This document shows positions 31,101-39,927 of a DNA stretch of 64,000 bases, piece by piece. Position numbers and translations under genes: made by a program. The notes below the pieces were generated by a model, which saw only the letters and a program-made list of their open reading frames with translations, did not search any database and was not told the DNA's origin. The stretch spans positions 384,001 to 448,000 of the forward strand of contig OZ242041.1 in assembly GCA_965205215.1 (NCBI GenBank), read 5' to 3'. The stretch is from Nitrosopumilus sp. GTDB lineage: Archaea; Thermoproteota; Nitrososphaeria; Nitrososphaerales; Nitrosopumilaceae. The first letter of the stretch is position 1, and each line of letters opens with the position of its first letter.

Positions 31101-31815
31101 GCAGGTTCCGTATCGTGTGCTCTATGTCCTCGTCGTGGACGTGGTACTGAAATCCCAGCCCGTCCCTCTCATAGACCCTGAGCTCCTCTACGAACCTGCC
31201 CGGCTCGTCGTCGTACGACTCGGCCTGGTACCTGTCAAGCCCGACTGCCTTGCGCACGTGGTCCGCAATAAGCATGGTAACGGCCGACTCGGTACCGCCC
31301 GCTGCGCGCATGGGCCCCGCTATGGAGACTGAGAGGTAGCTCGTGCCGTCGCGGTTCTTCTTTATGGATACGGCGCTAATGCCCTCAAGCGGGGCCATGG
31401 TGACCCCCTCCGTAACCACGGCAAGCCCCACCCGGACTGCCAGGTCGATCCTCTCCTCGAGGGGGGCGCCCTCCCTGTGATACTTGCCCAGCGCTATATC
31501 CCTTGAGAGCAAGAGCGCGGAGAGTTCCTTGCCGTTGCCTGCAAGCAGTTCCCGCAGCGGCTCGGCGATCTCAATCTCGTGCATCTTTGAGACGCGATCC
31601 GCCAGATCAAAGGCGATCTTGGGCCCTATCACGTCGTCGGAGTCCGCCCTGCTGCCCTTCTTGGCGGCCGAGGCCCACTCGAGGACCCTCGCAGTCTCCT
31701 TTGAGAGCCGCGTATAGTAGTCTTGGTATGCCTCTGGCATCTCTATGCCCTGCAGCCTGTAGCCGACGTCGTCCAGGGTCATCATTGCGGGGGTCTCAGG
31801 AGGGTCTGCGGCCAA
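28126..31815 (-). CDS. polC: DNA polymerase II (PolD) large subunit DP2
   Basis: AGPMRAAGGT, GGFRLRYGR, FKDGTVRFD, LAPHTS, KRRDADGDAD; Gly/Asp-rich insert near 29900-30095. Confidence 0.96.
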   Translation of the reverse strand: MAADPPETPAMMTLDDVGYRLQGIEMPEAYQDYYTRLSKETARVLEWASAAKKGSRADSDDVIGPKIAFDLADRVSKMHEIEIAEPLRELLAGNGKELSALLLSRDIALGKYHREGAPLEERIDLAVRVGLAVVTEGVTMAPLEGISAVSIKKNRDGTSYLSVSIAGPMRAAGGTESAVTMLIADHVRKAVGLDRYQAESYDDEPGRFVEELRVYERDGLGFQYHVHDEDIEHTIRNLPVELDGVDTDDFEVVNHRNMTRIKTEKVRGGALRVLNDGLIGRSKKLLKRIELYKLDGWEWLAELKGAVQSGDGSAGGSDSDNAYDDKEDAGAKRMREVLTGRSVLSMPGRPGGFRLRYGRACNTGFAAVGFHPVIAEILDHTIAVGTQVKTDMPGKGASVAFVDSIETPTVRLADGSVVKIRDTEHGIMVKGQIAEILHLGDVLISFGDFIENNAKLEPSGYVGEIWTEELRRLLQREQERGQTPDGPVSGKIRRLEEFLLRDPTVDEAISLSLEFGLALHPKYLHFWDELRPAELGALLEPDAASESEIAYGNAYSDGIVKKALEKAGVPHEFVADDDGGGGGGGHAGQGGVGTGAAADRHEKDGPGDNGSDALPAAKNGDFEFVPAPRPPPALGTILLRGAEAKILYNLLLKRPPRIDADAGATVLDILSGSGIAVRKKSSACIGIRIGRPEKAAARAMSPPTHLLFPVGEGGGSTRDIIKASRASDRFYADLCNRRCPDCGAVTLGLACPDCGARSVETRRCARCGTSTDLEECDQCGRRTVLYANLEFPLRAQLLKAQERMELRAQEPLKGVKGLAGTDKLAEPIEKGLLRQGFGLTVFKDGTVRFDATNSPLTHFKPSWIGTPVQRLRELGYTHDMDGRPLTDPDQLVEMRMQDVIIPYESGRYLLAAAKYVDALLSKFHGAEPYYKARAVEDMAGHLVIGLAPHTSVGIVGRIIGFAETHVCFATPNWHSAKRRDADGDADSIMLLMDCLLNFSKAFLSGRIGGLMDAPLLVQPLVLPHESQPQAHNLEVARSFPLEFFESAARREKAGSVDSVEIIKSRLDTERQFYDYLFTHETSTLTTSRSRSAYSVLGSMLNKLDLQLKNAEMIRAVSPDETALNVITTHLLPDMAGNLRAYARQEFRCTECGTRFRRIPLTRKCAQCGVRLTPNITRPGVEKYLMLAKSLAKRYDIGSYNRGRIALLADEISMVFGKSKGDQLMLSDYM

Positions 31816-32637
31816 TCACGGGCCACCCGTTCCGTCGCTGCGGCTGCCGTTGCGGCTGCCTCCAATCGCGCCGGTAATCTCCCCGAGCCTCCGCTCGCCC
31901 TCCGCCGAGTCGCCACCCTCGACTAGGGTTCCCACCACGAGTGCGTCTGCCCCCGCATCCGCCAGCGCGGCCGCCGTTGCGGCGTCCCTGATGCCGCCGC
32001 CGACAATCAGAAAGCCGCCAAAGGCCTTGCGCACCGTCCTGACCATCTCAGGCGACACGCTGGTCTTTGCGCCGGAGCCCGCCTCCAAGTATACAAACCG
32101 CATGCCCAGAAACTGTGCGGCCAGTGAGTAGGCCGCCGCTATCTTGGGCTTGTCGTGTGGTATGCCCCGCGCGCCCCCAACAAACCAAGCCGTGGTTCCC
32201 TCCCCTATGACCAGGTATGCGGTGGGCAGGGGCTCGAGCCCGAACTTTGCCACCGAGGGGGCCCCCAGTGCCTGGGCCTGCGTCACAAAGTACGGATTCT
32301 CCGAGTTTAAGAGCGAGCTGAACAGTATGGCGTCGGCGCTGGGCACGACTCCCGTCACGTTTCCGGGAAACAGGATGACCGGTATCCGCTGCGTGCTCTT
32401 TTTAATCTCGCCGGTCACGACGGACAGCTCCATCTGATCCGTCGCGGAGGAGCCGCCCACCAGTATCGCAGAGGCGCCTGCCGACTCGGCCGCGCGGACC
32501 AGGCGTGCCGACTCGTCGGTGTCCGACACCTCGGAGTCTATCAAGACAAAGAGCAGCGTCCCCCTGTTCCTCAGCTCCGACTGTAGATAGCCCTCTACCT
32601 GGCCCCTGCCTATCTTCTCTTCCGTGTCTGCGGCCAC
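31816..32637 (-). CDS. Geranylgeranylglyceryl phosphate synthase
   Basis: VGGS, ILFPG, YLEAGSGA, VGGGIR. Confidence 0.92.
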   Translation of the reverse strand: MAADTEEKIGRGQVEGYLQSELRNRGTLLFVLIDSEVSDTDESARLVRAAESAGASAILVGGSSATDQMELSVVTGEIKKSTQRIPVILFPGNVTGVVPSADAILFSSLLNSENPYFVTQAQALGAPSVAKFGLEPLPTAYLVIGEGTTAWFVGGARGIPHDKPKIAAAYSLAAQFLGMRFVYLEAGSGAKTSVSPEMVRTVRKAFGGFLIVGGGIRDAATAAALADAGADALVVGTLVEGGDSAEGERRLGEITGAIGGSRNGSRSDGTGGP

Positions 32638-32700
32638 GCATTGCGTGGCAGCCCCTTTACTTTAAAGTTTAATTTACGTCGTATACAAGTTTGTATAGCT

Positions 32701-33063
32701 ATGAGCGAATCCAAAAGACAGATTTTCAACAAAGTTATACAGGAAATGATTGAAAAATCACTGTTTACAGAGAGACAAATTGAAATTATTTTAAACCAGC
32801 GGGAACTCCTGGAGGCTAGGTTTCCCATAAGCCGGGGGGCATACTACAGGCAGGTAGGCCAATCGAGGGACAAGCTGGTCGCTCTCTTCTATACGGTGGT
32901 CGTTCTAAGGGGGTTGGGGATACTCCTGCCTGACGATGTGGACGTGATGATGGACCTTGCAGAGAGGATTAACGTGATAAATAGTGGTGATATACCGCCT
33001 GAAAGTGCTGAACAGATGATTGACGTGATTGAAAAGTACATACGACAGGCATGCAGTATGTGA
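32701..33063 (+). CDS. Hypothetical protein, possible HTH regulator
   Basis: SLFTERQ...ISRGAYYR; AT-rich promoter. Confidence 0.7.
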   Translation: MSESKRQIFNKVIQEMIEKSLFTERQIEIILNQRELLEARFPISRGAYYRQVGQSRDKLVALFYTVVVLRGLGILLPDDVDVMMDLAERINVINSGDIPPESAEQMIDVIEKYIRQACSM

Positions 33064-33183
33064 TGTACAGTGACGAATGGTTTGGTCTTGGCAGTCCAAA
33101 CTGTTGCGGATGGGTGATTTTTTAACATGCGGTGTGAAAAAATACTGACCGAATATGATATATCACAGTACATATGATATACC

Positions 33184-33846
33184 GTGATGGCAGAGGAGGT
33201 TTTTGATCCGTGGGTGGCGATTAGCATTGCGGTTGCATTTTTGGCGGGGCTGCTGGCCCTTTTTGCATACTTTTGGCTGCGCACCGTGGCCAGAGAGTCC
33301 GGTCTTGGGAGCAAGAGTGGCGAGATCACCGGCTCGGAGCGCCTCGAATACTATGAGAGGCAGCTCATAGACCTAAAGATACGCCTAGATGCAGTGGAGA
33401 TGGTGCGTGGGGAGGCTACCAAGGCGGGAGATGGCAGTAGGGACGAGGCCGTATCCAGGCTGGCGGCGGCCCTGAGCGAACTGGTGTCCAAGGAGCCGGC
33501 CGCCACCGCGGCGGCGGCAGAGGAAGAGGGCTCGGTGGCAGAAGAGATGCATGCGGAAGGACGGGAGGAGGATCTCGCGGGCGGCGACGGAGAAACCGTG
33601 CCCAAGACGGAGTTCCGTGCCTATCCTAACCCCGTTGACTACGTATTGCATTTAATCACGAATGATATCATAACATCACGTGATATACAAGTCACGATGG
33701 GGAAGAGCAGGGAGCATACATCACGACTCTTGAAAAAGATGTACGAGGACGGATATCTCCAGCGTGACGAGGACACTAGGCCGTACAGTTACAGCGTAAC
33801 CCAGAAGGGCCTGGAAAGACTTCGACAGGGCGGGGCCGGTGGCTGA
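33184..33846 (+). CDS. Membrane-anchored winged-helix protein
   Basis: N-terminal TM; C-terminal SREHTSRLLKKM..GYL.R wHTH. Confidence 0.78.
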   Translation: MMAEEVFDPWVAISIAVAFLAGLLALFAYFWLRTVARESGLGSKSGEITGSERLEYYERQLIDLKIRLDAVEMVRGEATKAGDGSRDEAVSRLAAALSELVSKEPAATAAAAEEEGSVAEEMHAEGREEDLAGGDGETVPKTEFRAYPNPVDYVLHLITNDIITSRDIQVTMGKSREHTSRLLKKMYEDGYLQRDEDTRPYSYSVTQKGLERLRQGGAGG

Positions 33847-34093
33847 TCTTTTCATGTCACCTGCGCCAGGGGGCTCCGTCTTGCACCAGGTCTCGGAGAC
33901 TGCCGCGGGGAGAGCCGGGTGCACTGGGTTCTGGAACCGCCGGGTGCGTCTTGCCCGGGCGCAGCCGGTTGCGCGGCAGGATTGCTTCAGATATTATGTT
34001 TACAATGAATATGGAAATTCATTATTTCTTCTATTATAGAATATTTAGTATAAATTAAGAAAATTATATATTATAATATGTAGTGAAACACCC

Positions 34094-34249
34094 ATGCAGG
34101 AGAACGAGGCGCTGGTAAAGATCACCTCGGCGGGGGCGATATCCATACCAAGGCAGTTTAGAAGATACATGGACATGCAGAAGGGGGAATACGTCAAGAT
34201 AACATATCAGAACAACGAGTTGGTTGTACGCAAGGCAGTCATATCATGA
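34094..34249 (+). CDS. AbrB/MazE/SpoVT-family DNA-binding protein (51 aa, not in ORF track)
   Basis: MQENEALVKITSAGAISIPRQFRRYMDMQKGEYVKI...; very AT-rich upstream region. Confidence 0.85.
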   Translation: MQENEALVKITSAGAISIPRQFRRYMDMQKGEYVKITYQNNELVVRKAVIS

Positions 34250-34651
34250 TTAGTGCTGCTGGGCGATCTTGTTGGTCTGATAGGTCCATTCCCTGCCTGT
34301 CCGGACCCTGTCAAGCCTGCCCCTTGCAGAGAACCTTGACAGGTATGTCGATATCACGCTCAGTTTGATCGGCTCGTTGAACTCGTCCTCGTACTTTTCA
34401 AGCACGTCAGTCGACGTGAACTTGCCCAGTGAGAAATACTTGTCTACGGCGTGCCAGATCTTGGCTCCGGTAGAGTCCATGTTGGGTGGTTCTGGGTGGT
34501 TCTGGGTGCCGCTCCCTGCCTCTATGTCCGCCATGTTCATGGCCTCAAAGACCATCCGGATCTTCTCAAGGGTGATGTTGCCCTCCAGTTTGATGTCATA
34601 TTTGGCGCCGTCGGCGTCCTCAACGTCTATCCTGATGCGTTTCTTAACCAA
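34250..34651 (-). CDS. Hypothetical winged-helix protein next to the origin
   Basis: FTSTDV..Y..EF..PIKLSVISTYLSR...REWTY. Confidence 0.75.
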   Translation of the reverse strand: MVKKRIRIDVEDADGAKYDIKLEGNITLEKIRMVFEAMNMADIEAGSGTQNHPEPPNMDSTGAKIWHAVDKYFSLGKFTSTDVLEKYEDEFNEPIKLSVISTYLSRFSARGRLDRVRTGREWTYQTNKIAQQH

Positions 34652-34789
34652 TGCAAAGCATTGCTCACAATATCAGTATATTAGCATGCGCATGCAGTGT
34701 ATGTTAAGTAACGTGCGTGTTAAGCTGGCACGCCTAGCCCGTGCCTAGCCAGAAGGGCGGATCCTAACATTTTGGGGCCGGGGTGTGGG

Positions 34790-35140
34790 CCGGGATGGGT
34801 CGATTCCATGACTGGAGTGGAAATGAAGGGGTCGATTCCAGTATGTTGACAGTGTTAAGGTGGATCTTGACGCTTGGAGTGGAAATGAAGGGGTCGATTT
34901 CGACCACTTTTGGCAGTACCTTAACAGCATGCTAACAGTTGTGAACGGGCAGGCAGAAACCGCCACTGGACCCCCAGCCAGTTCCACTGCCAGCCGGCAG
35001 ACCCACACACCTTCGTTTCCACTCCACACCTTCTAAAATTTTTCAAAAAAGAGCTTACATACTACATCACACAACACAACACGACACACTACACCGAATC
35101 GTATACGGTATGTTATATGCTGGAGTGGAAATCATGGTGT
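34790..35140. promoter_or_regulatory. Replication origin (oriC) with ORB elements
   Basis: TGGAGTGGAAATGAAGGGGTCGATT at 34813 and 34875, inverted copy at 35010-35026, partial copy at 35121; AT tract 35031-35060; directly upstream of cdc6. Confidence 0.88.
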
Positions 35141-35153
35141 GTGAGTGGAACAT

Positions 35154-36377
35154 ATGGCAAGTGATCCGGTCGACAGCCTCCTTGATGCAGTTGCAGGTGG
35201 CAGATCCATAATCGTGGACAGGGTCGTGCTACATTCCGCGCACATGCCGGATCTGGTGTTGCACAGGGACGAGGAGCAGAAGGCCGTGGCCCAAGTGCTG
35301 ATCCCGATACTAAAGGGTTCGAGGCCCTCCAACCTGCTTGTGTACGGCAAGCCGGGGACGGGCAAGACACTCGTGGTCCGCAAGGTAATATCCCAGATCC
35401 AGACACGTGCGGCAGACTCCGAGTTCCCAATACGCCTCGTCTACTCCAACGCAAAGGATGAGACGACGCTGGGCGGGCTGCTTGTGAGCTTGGGCAAGCA
35501 GCTCGGGATGGACCAGAAGAGGCTGCCCGTCACGGGACTGGCCATAGGGGAGGTATTCAAGCGCATACTTGAAGAGGTGGACGGGAGCGGGCTGAACGTC
35601 GTGTTCGTGATAGACGAGATCGACCACTTGGCGCAGCTTGTGGGCAGGACGGGCAAGGACATCCTGTACCAGCTGACCAGCGCCAACATGAGGCTGGACC
35701 GTGGCACCCTTACCATAGTGGGCATATCAAACAACCTCTCGTTCAAGGAGAACCTTGATCCGCGCGTGATAAGTAGGCTGGCCGACGAGGAGGCAGTCTT
35801 TACCACCTATACCACGGAGCAGATCAAAAAGATACTGGAGGAGAGGGTCGCGGTGGCCTTTGCCCCCGGCACGGTGGAGGAACCGGCGCTGAACCTGTGC
35901 GCGGCCCTGTCGGGCTCGGAGCACGGCGACGCAAGGCGGGCGATAGACCTGTTGCGGATCGCAGGCGAGATTGCCGAGAGGGCGGCAGGCGGCAGCGGCA
36001 CCGACAGCCAGACCGTAACGGTCGAGCACGTAAGGGAGGCCTCAAAGAAGATGGAGGAGGACAAGGAGATGACCGTGCTGCAGTCGTACCCACTCCACGA
36101 GAAACTGCTGATACTCGCGATAATGAGGAGCGAGGCCAGCTCCACCGGCGAGGTCTACTCGCACTACAAGTCCCTGTGCAGGGACGTGGCGGCAGGCCCG
36201 CTCACGCAGCGCCGCGTGACGCAGATGCTGAGCGAGATAGAGCTGTCGGGCATCGTGTCCGGCAGGGTGGCAAGCCGGGGCGTGCACGGCAGGACCAAGA
36301 AGCACAGGCTGACGGTCTCGCCCCAGACCGTGAAAAAGGCGTTTGCCGAGGATCTGGCCCTGCAGGGGCTGCTCTGA
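35154..36377 (+). CDS. cdc6: Orc1/Cdc6 replication initiator
   Basis: YGKPGTGKT, VIDEID, LDPRVISRL, GDARRAIDLL, C-terminal wHTH. Confidence 0.95.
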   Translation: MASDPVDSLLDAVAGGRSIIVDRVVLHSAHMPDLVLHRDEEQKAVAQVLIPILKGSRPSNLLVYGKPGTGKTLVVRKVISQIQTRAADSEFPIRLVYSNAKDETTLGGLLVSLGKQLGMDQKRLPVTGLAIGEVFKRILEEVDGSGLNVVFVIDEIDHLAQLVGRTGKDILYQLTSANMRLDRGTLTIVGISNNLSFKENLDPRVISRLADEEAVFTTYTTEQIKKILEERVAVAFAPGTVEEPALNLCAALSGSEHGDARRAIDLLRIAGEIAERAAGGSGTDSQTVTVEHVREASKKMEEDKEMTVLQSYPLHEKLLILAIMRSEASSTGEVYSHYKSLCRDVAAGPLTQRRVTQMLSEIELSGIVSGRVASRGVHGRTKKHRLTVSPQTVKKAFAEDLALQGLL

Positions 36378-36381
36378 TCCG

Positions 36382-37809
36382 CTATCCGTTGTAGTTCTGG
36401 CTCTTGAGCTCGTACGTTTTGAGGTTGACCAGTGCGGCAATCCCCGGGTTGGGCACTATGCCGACGCTGGCCTGGAACGGCGTCTGGCGTTGCCAGGCCC
36501 CCGAGTTGACGAGCAGGGTGCCCCTGTACTTGCTGACTGCCCACCTGTGCACGTGCCCCGCGTGGAATATGTCGATGTCGTCCCCTATGACCATCCAGTC
36601 CTCAAGCTCGGGGGCAATTGGTGTCCTCTCCCCGTATATGGGGCTCAGGTGCCGCGCCCTCAGCAGGAGCTCCATTACCGCGATGGGCTCGTCGTAACTG
36701 AGGCCCGGCGTGACCCTGACTATGTCGTCGATCGACTGCCCGTGGAACATCAGGACCCTGACACCGTTGAGCGAGACCACGGCGGGGTTTCCGACCATGG
36801 TTATGTTCTCGCGGCGCCACAGCCCCGGGCAGTACCTTTCTGGTATTGCCGGCTGGGGCAGGGCCCTTCTTCCGGGATCGTGGTTCCCGGGGGAGATTAT
36901 GATCTTGATGCGCTCCGGTATCTCGGCAAGCATCTCCTCGAGGCGCCCCAACTGCTCCTCGACAGTGTCCATCTCCAGCTCCTTATCCTGGTCCTTGTAG
37001 ATTCCCACCCCGTCGACCACGTCGCCACATATCAGGACGAACCGCACGTTCCTTGCGACCGCGTCCGCCTCCGAGAGCCAGCCCACAAACCCCCTGAACT
37101 CCTCCTCCATGAAGTATTTCGAGCCGACGTGAAGGTCGGAGATCAGGGCCGCCCAGGCGCCCGTCTCAGACCTGTTGGGCACGTGGGCCGGGGTGTCGGG
37201 CAGGATGATCTCCTTGGCAAAGACGCCCCTCTTGCCCCTTCCCAGCCTCAGCATTGCCATCTGGTCCCGCATCAGGGAGCCGGCCTCCTTCTGCAGCTCC
37301 TCGTTGTACACGGGTATGGACAGCACTCCCGAGGGATCCTCCAAGAGGATCTCGGCCCTACTGTCCCTGACCTCCCTGTCGTTGATCAGTCCGGCCACGT
37401 AGGCGTCCTCGTCGTCCTTTGCGCCGCCCGATCTCCTGACGGACTCCACGGACTTGACCTTTTTGGACTCGGGCCTGGCTGCGATTATGGACTTTAACTT
37501 TTCATACCTGCTGGCGAAGAGTGCGCCGTACCCGTCGACCCCCTCGGCCGTGGTGGTGTGCCCCGTGGGATCCGACAGCACCCTGAGGTCCGCGTCCACC
37601 TCGGCGTCCACCCTGAGGCCCAGGTGCTCCTCAAGGTCGTCTGCCGTCATCTGGGTCCTAGACTCCCTTTTGGCCGCGTGCACCATTGCCTTGACCACGC
37701 CCTCAAGCGAGTCCGACGGGACGCTCCTTAGGATCTCAAAGGCGCGGGGGCTTATCTGGACGCCCCTGCTCAGCGCGTATCCCAGCGCGTCCTTGCGATC
37801 CCACCCCAT
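36382..37809 (-). CDS. polB: DNA polymerase II (PolD) small subunit DP1
   Basis: ISDLHVGS, GDVVDG, PGNHD, FHG, AGHVH phosphoesterase motifs. Confidence 0.95.
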   Translation of the reverse strand: MGWDRKDALGYALSRGVQISPRAFEILRSVPSDSLEGVVKAMVHAAKRESRTQMTADDLEEHLGLRVDAEVDADLRVLSDPTGHTTTAEGVDGYGALFASRYEKLKSIIAARPESKKVKSVESVRRSGGAKDDEDAYVAGLINDREVRDSRAEILLEDPSGVLSIPVYNEELQKEAGSLMRDQMAMLRLGRGKRGVFAKEIILPDTPAHVPNRSETGAWAALISDLHVGSKYFMEEEFRGFVGWLSEADAVARNVRFVLICGDVVDGVGIYKDQDKELEMDTVEEQLGRLEEMLAEIPERIKIIISPGNHDPGRRALPQPAIPERYCPGLWRRENITMVGNPAVVSLNGVRVLMFHGQSIDDIVRVTPGLSYDEPIAVMELLLRARHLSPIYGERTPIAPELEDWMVIGDDIDIFHAGHVHRWAVSKYRGTLLVNSGAWQRQTPFQASVGIVPNPGIAALVNLKTYELKSQNYNG

Positions 37810-37926
37810 TGCAGGATAACTGCCGGCGCCGATAATTAATCTGTCCCCGCCGGAGCGGCGCGCCGCTGTGCCGCCGCCTCCGGCCGTTTTGCCAAACAAC
37901 AAATAGAAAGCTCTCCGGGCCGAACC

Positions 37927-38457
37927 ATGGAGGGGTTCCCAACCAGGATTGCGGCGTTCCTTGTCCTGCTTGCCGCCTTTACCGCCGTGTTCGTGCTGGG
38001 CACCACGTCTGACGTCTCCGACGCCGAGGCCGAGATACTGCTGTCCGAGTTCGAGGCATTGGTGGAGGATATAGACGCGTTTGGGATATTTCTGCACAAT
38101 ACCATGATCGCGCTGCTCATGTTTGTTCCGGGCGCCGGGCTGGCGTGGGGGTTCCTGTCCGCCTGGTCCACCGGGCTGGTGTTTGCGGCCTTGGAGACCA
38201 GCATGCCGGAGCTTGAGGGGGTGTCGCCCTTGGCCGTGCTGTTCCTCACCCCGTTCGGGCTGATGGAGATCTGCGCGTACTCGCTGGCAATGTCGAGGAG
38301 CGCACTGATGGCGATTACGATTGTAAGGAGGGCCGCCCTGTCGGAGCACCTCCGCCCGCTGCTCTTGGAGGCGGGCATCGTGGTGGCGCTCCTGCTGGCA
38401 GGCGGCTACGTAGAGTTCTTCATGATAGAGGAGTCTCTGGATGTGGGGTTCCGCTAG
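37927..38457 (+). CDS. SpoIIM-like membrane protein
   Basis: IFLHN, PFGLME, multiple TM helices. Confidence 0.75.
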   Translation: MEGFPTRIAAFLVLLAAFTAVFVLGTTSDVSDAEAEILLSEFEALVEDIDAFGIFLHNTMIALLMFVPGAGLAWGFLSAWSTGLVFAALETSMPELEGVSPLAVLFLTPFGLMEICAYSLAMSRSALMAITIVRRAALSEHLRPLLLEAGIVVALLLAGGYVEFFMIEESLDVGFR

Positions 38458-38542
38458 CCGCCGCAGCCGCAGCCGGCCGCACCACTGTAGCAGCAGGCCC
38501 CGTCACGCGTCCCCCTGTACCCCGGGGACGCCCCGCCCGCCC

Positions 38543-39310
38543 TCATCGCTGCTGCCCGGCGCAGCCGTCGTCCCACTGCCACCTGTAGTTCATGTAAGAG
38601 TCCGGCTCTGACTGGTTGAACACCACCACGCACAGGTCGGAGAACTCCCTGCCCTCAAGCTCGCTTACGGTTCCGTCAAACCTGGCCTGCTGCTCGGTGG
38701 TAAGGGACTCAAAGACGCTTACGCGCATGGCGCCTGTGTCAAAGCCGTGCTCTCTGAGGTGCGCCGCCACTTCCGACGGCATGAAGTGCTTGTCCGGCCT
38801 CTTGGGCCAGGGCCGCGGGATGAGAACCACGCTCAGCCCCGACGCCAGCGCTTGGCGCATCTCCTCCTTTTTGCCCTCTATGGGAGACGTCACGTGCATG
38901 GTAATGACCCTTGACTTGTCAAGCGGCACCCCCGCCATGGCGGCCGCCACCTGCACCGAGCTGATTCCGGGTATTATCTGCACGCCGCCAAATATCTCGG
39001 CGAGCCTGTCGACCACCTCCGATTCTGAAAAGCTTGCGTCGCCGGTAAACGGGACCACCACCGTCTTTTCCTCCGCGCCCGCCCTGAGTTCGGCGGCGAC
39101 TGACTGCAGCACCCCCTCCTGGCTTGACATCGTGACCGTGTGGACCGTTTTGCCGGGCCCCAGAAGGTGCCGTATGGTCCTGAGCGTGTATTCGTATCCC
39201 ACCACGATGTCGCACCCCCTGATGATCTCCTCCGCTATGGCGGTCAGGTACCTTGGTGATCCCGGCCCCACGCCCACCGCATAAACGCGTCCCTCTGCCA
39301 CGGCGACCAC
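38543..39310 (-). CDS. cbiE: Precorrin-6Y/cobalt-precorrin-7 C5-methyltransferase
   Basis: VGVGPGSP, TGDA, IPGISS.Q, ESLT. Confidence 0.82.
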   Translation of the reverse strand: MVAVAEGRVYAVGVGPGSPRYLTAIAEEIIRGCDIVVGYEYTLRTIRHLLGPGKTVHTVTMSSQEGVLQSVAAELRAGAEEKTVVVPFTGDASFSESEVVDRLAEIFGGVQIIPGISSVQVAAAMAGVPLDKSRVITMHVTSPIEGKKEEMRQALASGLSVVLIPRPWPKRPDKHFMPSEVAAHLREHGFDTGAMRVSVFESLTTEQQARFDGTVSELEGREFSDLCVVVFNQSEPDSYMNYRWQWDDGCAGQQR

Positions 39311-39316
39311 ACCCCC

Positions 39317-39811
39317 CTACGTCGCCAGCTGCCGCCGCCTCTTGTTTACAAACTCCACAAACGGCTCCCAGTCTACCTTCATGTACTTGGTGGGCTCCTT
39401 TGCGGGGTACTTGACCCAGTCCTGCGCGACGGAGTACTGGTGCTTCTCCCTTTTGTCGCCAGCGCGGTACTCTAGGTGCAGGACGCTGCCCCACGCCTTC
39501 TCCCCGCTGCTGATCCCCACGACATCCTCGTACGGAACCTCCACGTTCCTGTCGTCGGCCAGGTCGTCGGCCAGGTCATCCTCGCCGTAGCCGTCGTGTC
39601 GGATCATGGTGTTTTTCGACCTGATGAACTTTACAACCTGCCTCTGCGTTATCGCCTTCCACCAGTTCATGCTGGCCCCCGTCTTGTGTACAAATGCAAT
39701 GTGCCTGTCGGTAAGAAAGAGCATCCCCTCCTTGCCCCCCAGCGCGAAGAGCCCCTGCGACTCCCTCCATATCGAGACCAGGTGCGCATGAATCTTCTCG
39801 TCGGGACCCAT
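39317..39811 (-). CDS. Hypothetical PH-fold-like protein
   Basis: EGMLFLTDRHIAF beta pattern; TATA-like box upstream. Confidence 0.7.
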   Translation of the reverse strand: MGPDEKIHAHLVSIWRESQGLFALGGKEGMLFLTDRHIAFVHKTGASMNWWKAITQRQVVKFIRSKNTMIRHDGYGEDDLADDLADDRNVEVPYEDVVGISSGEKAWGSVLHLEYRAGDKREKHQYSVAQDWVKYPAKEPTKYMKVDWEPFVEFVNKRRRQLAT

Positions 39812-39927
39812 GCTTTGGCAGGAACTCTGGCTTTTTATAAATAGAGTGCGGCGCCTGCCGTGGCTTTTGCCGTAGCCGCCGCCAGACAACGGCTTTTATG
39901 GAGGCGGGTGTCGATCCGTTGTTGTAC

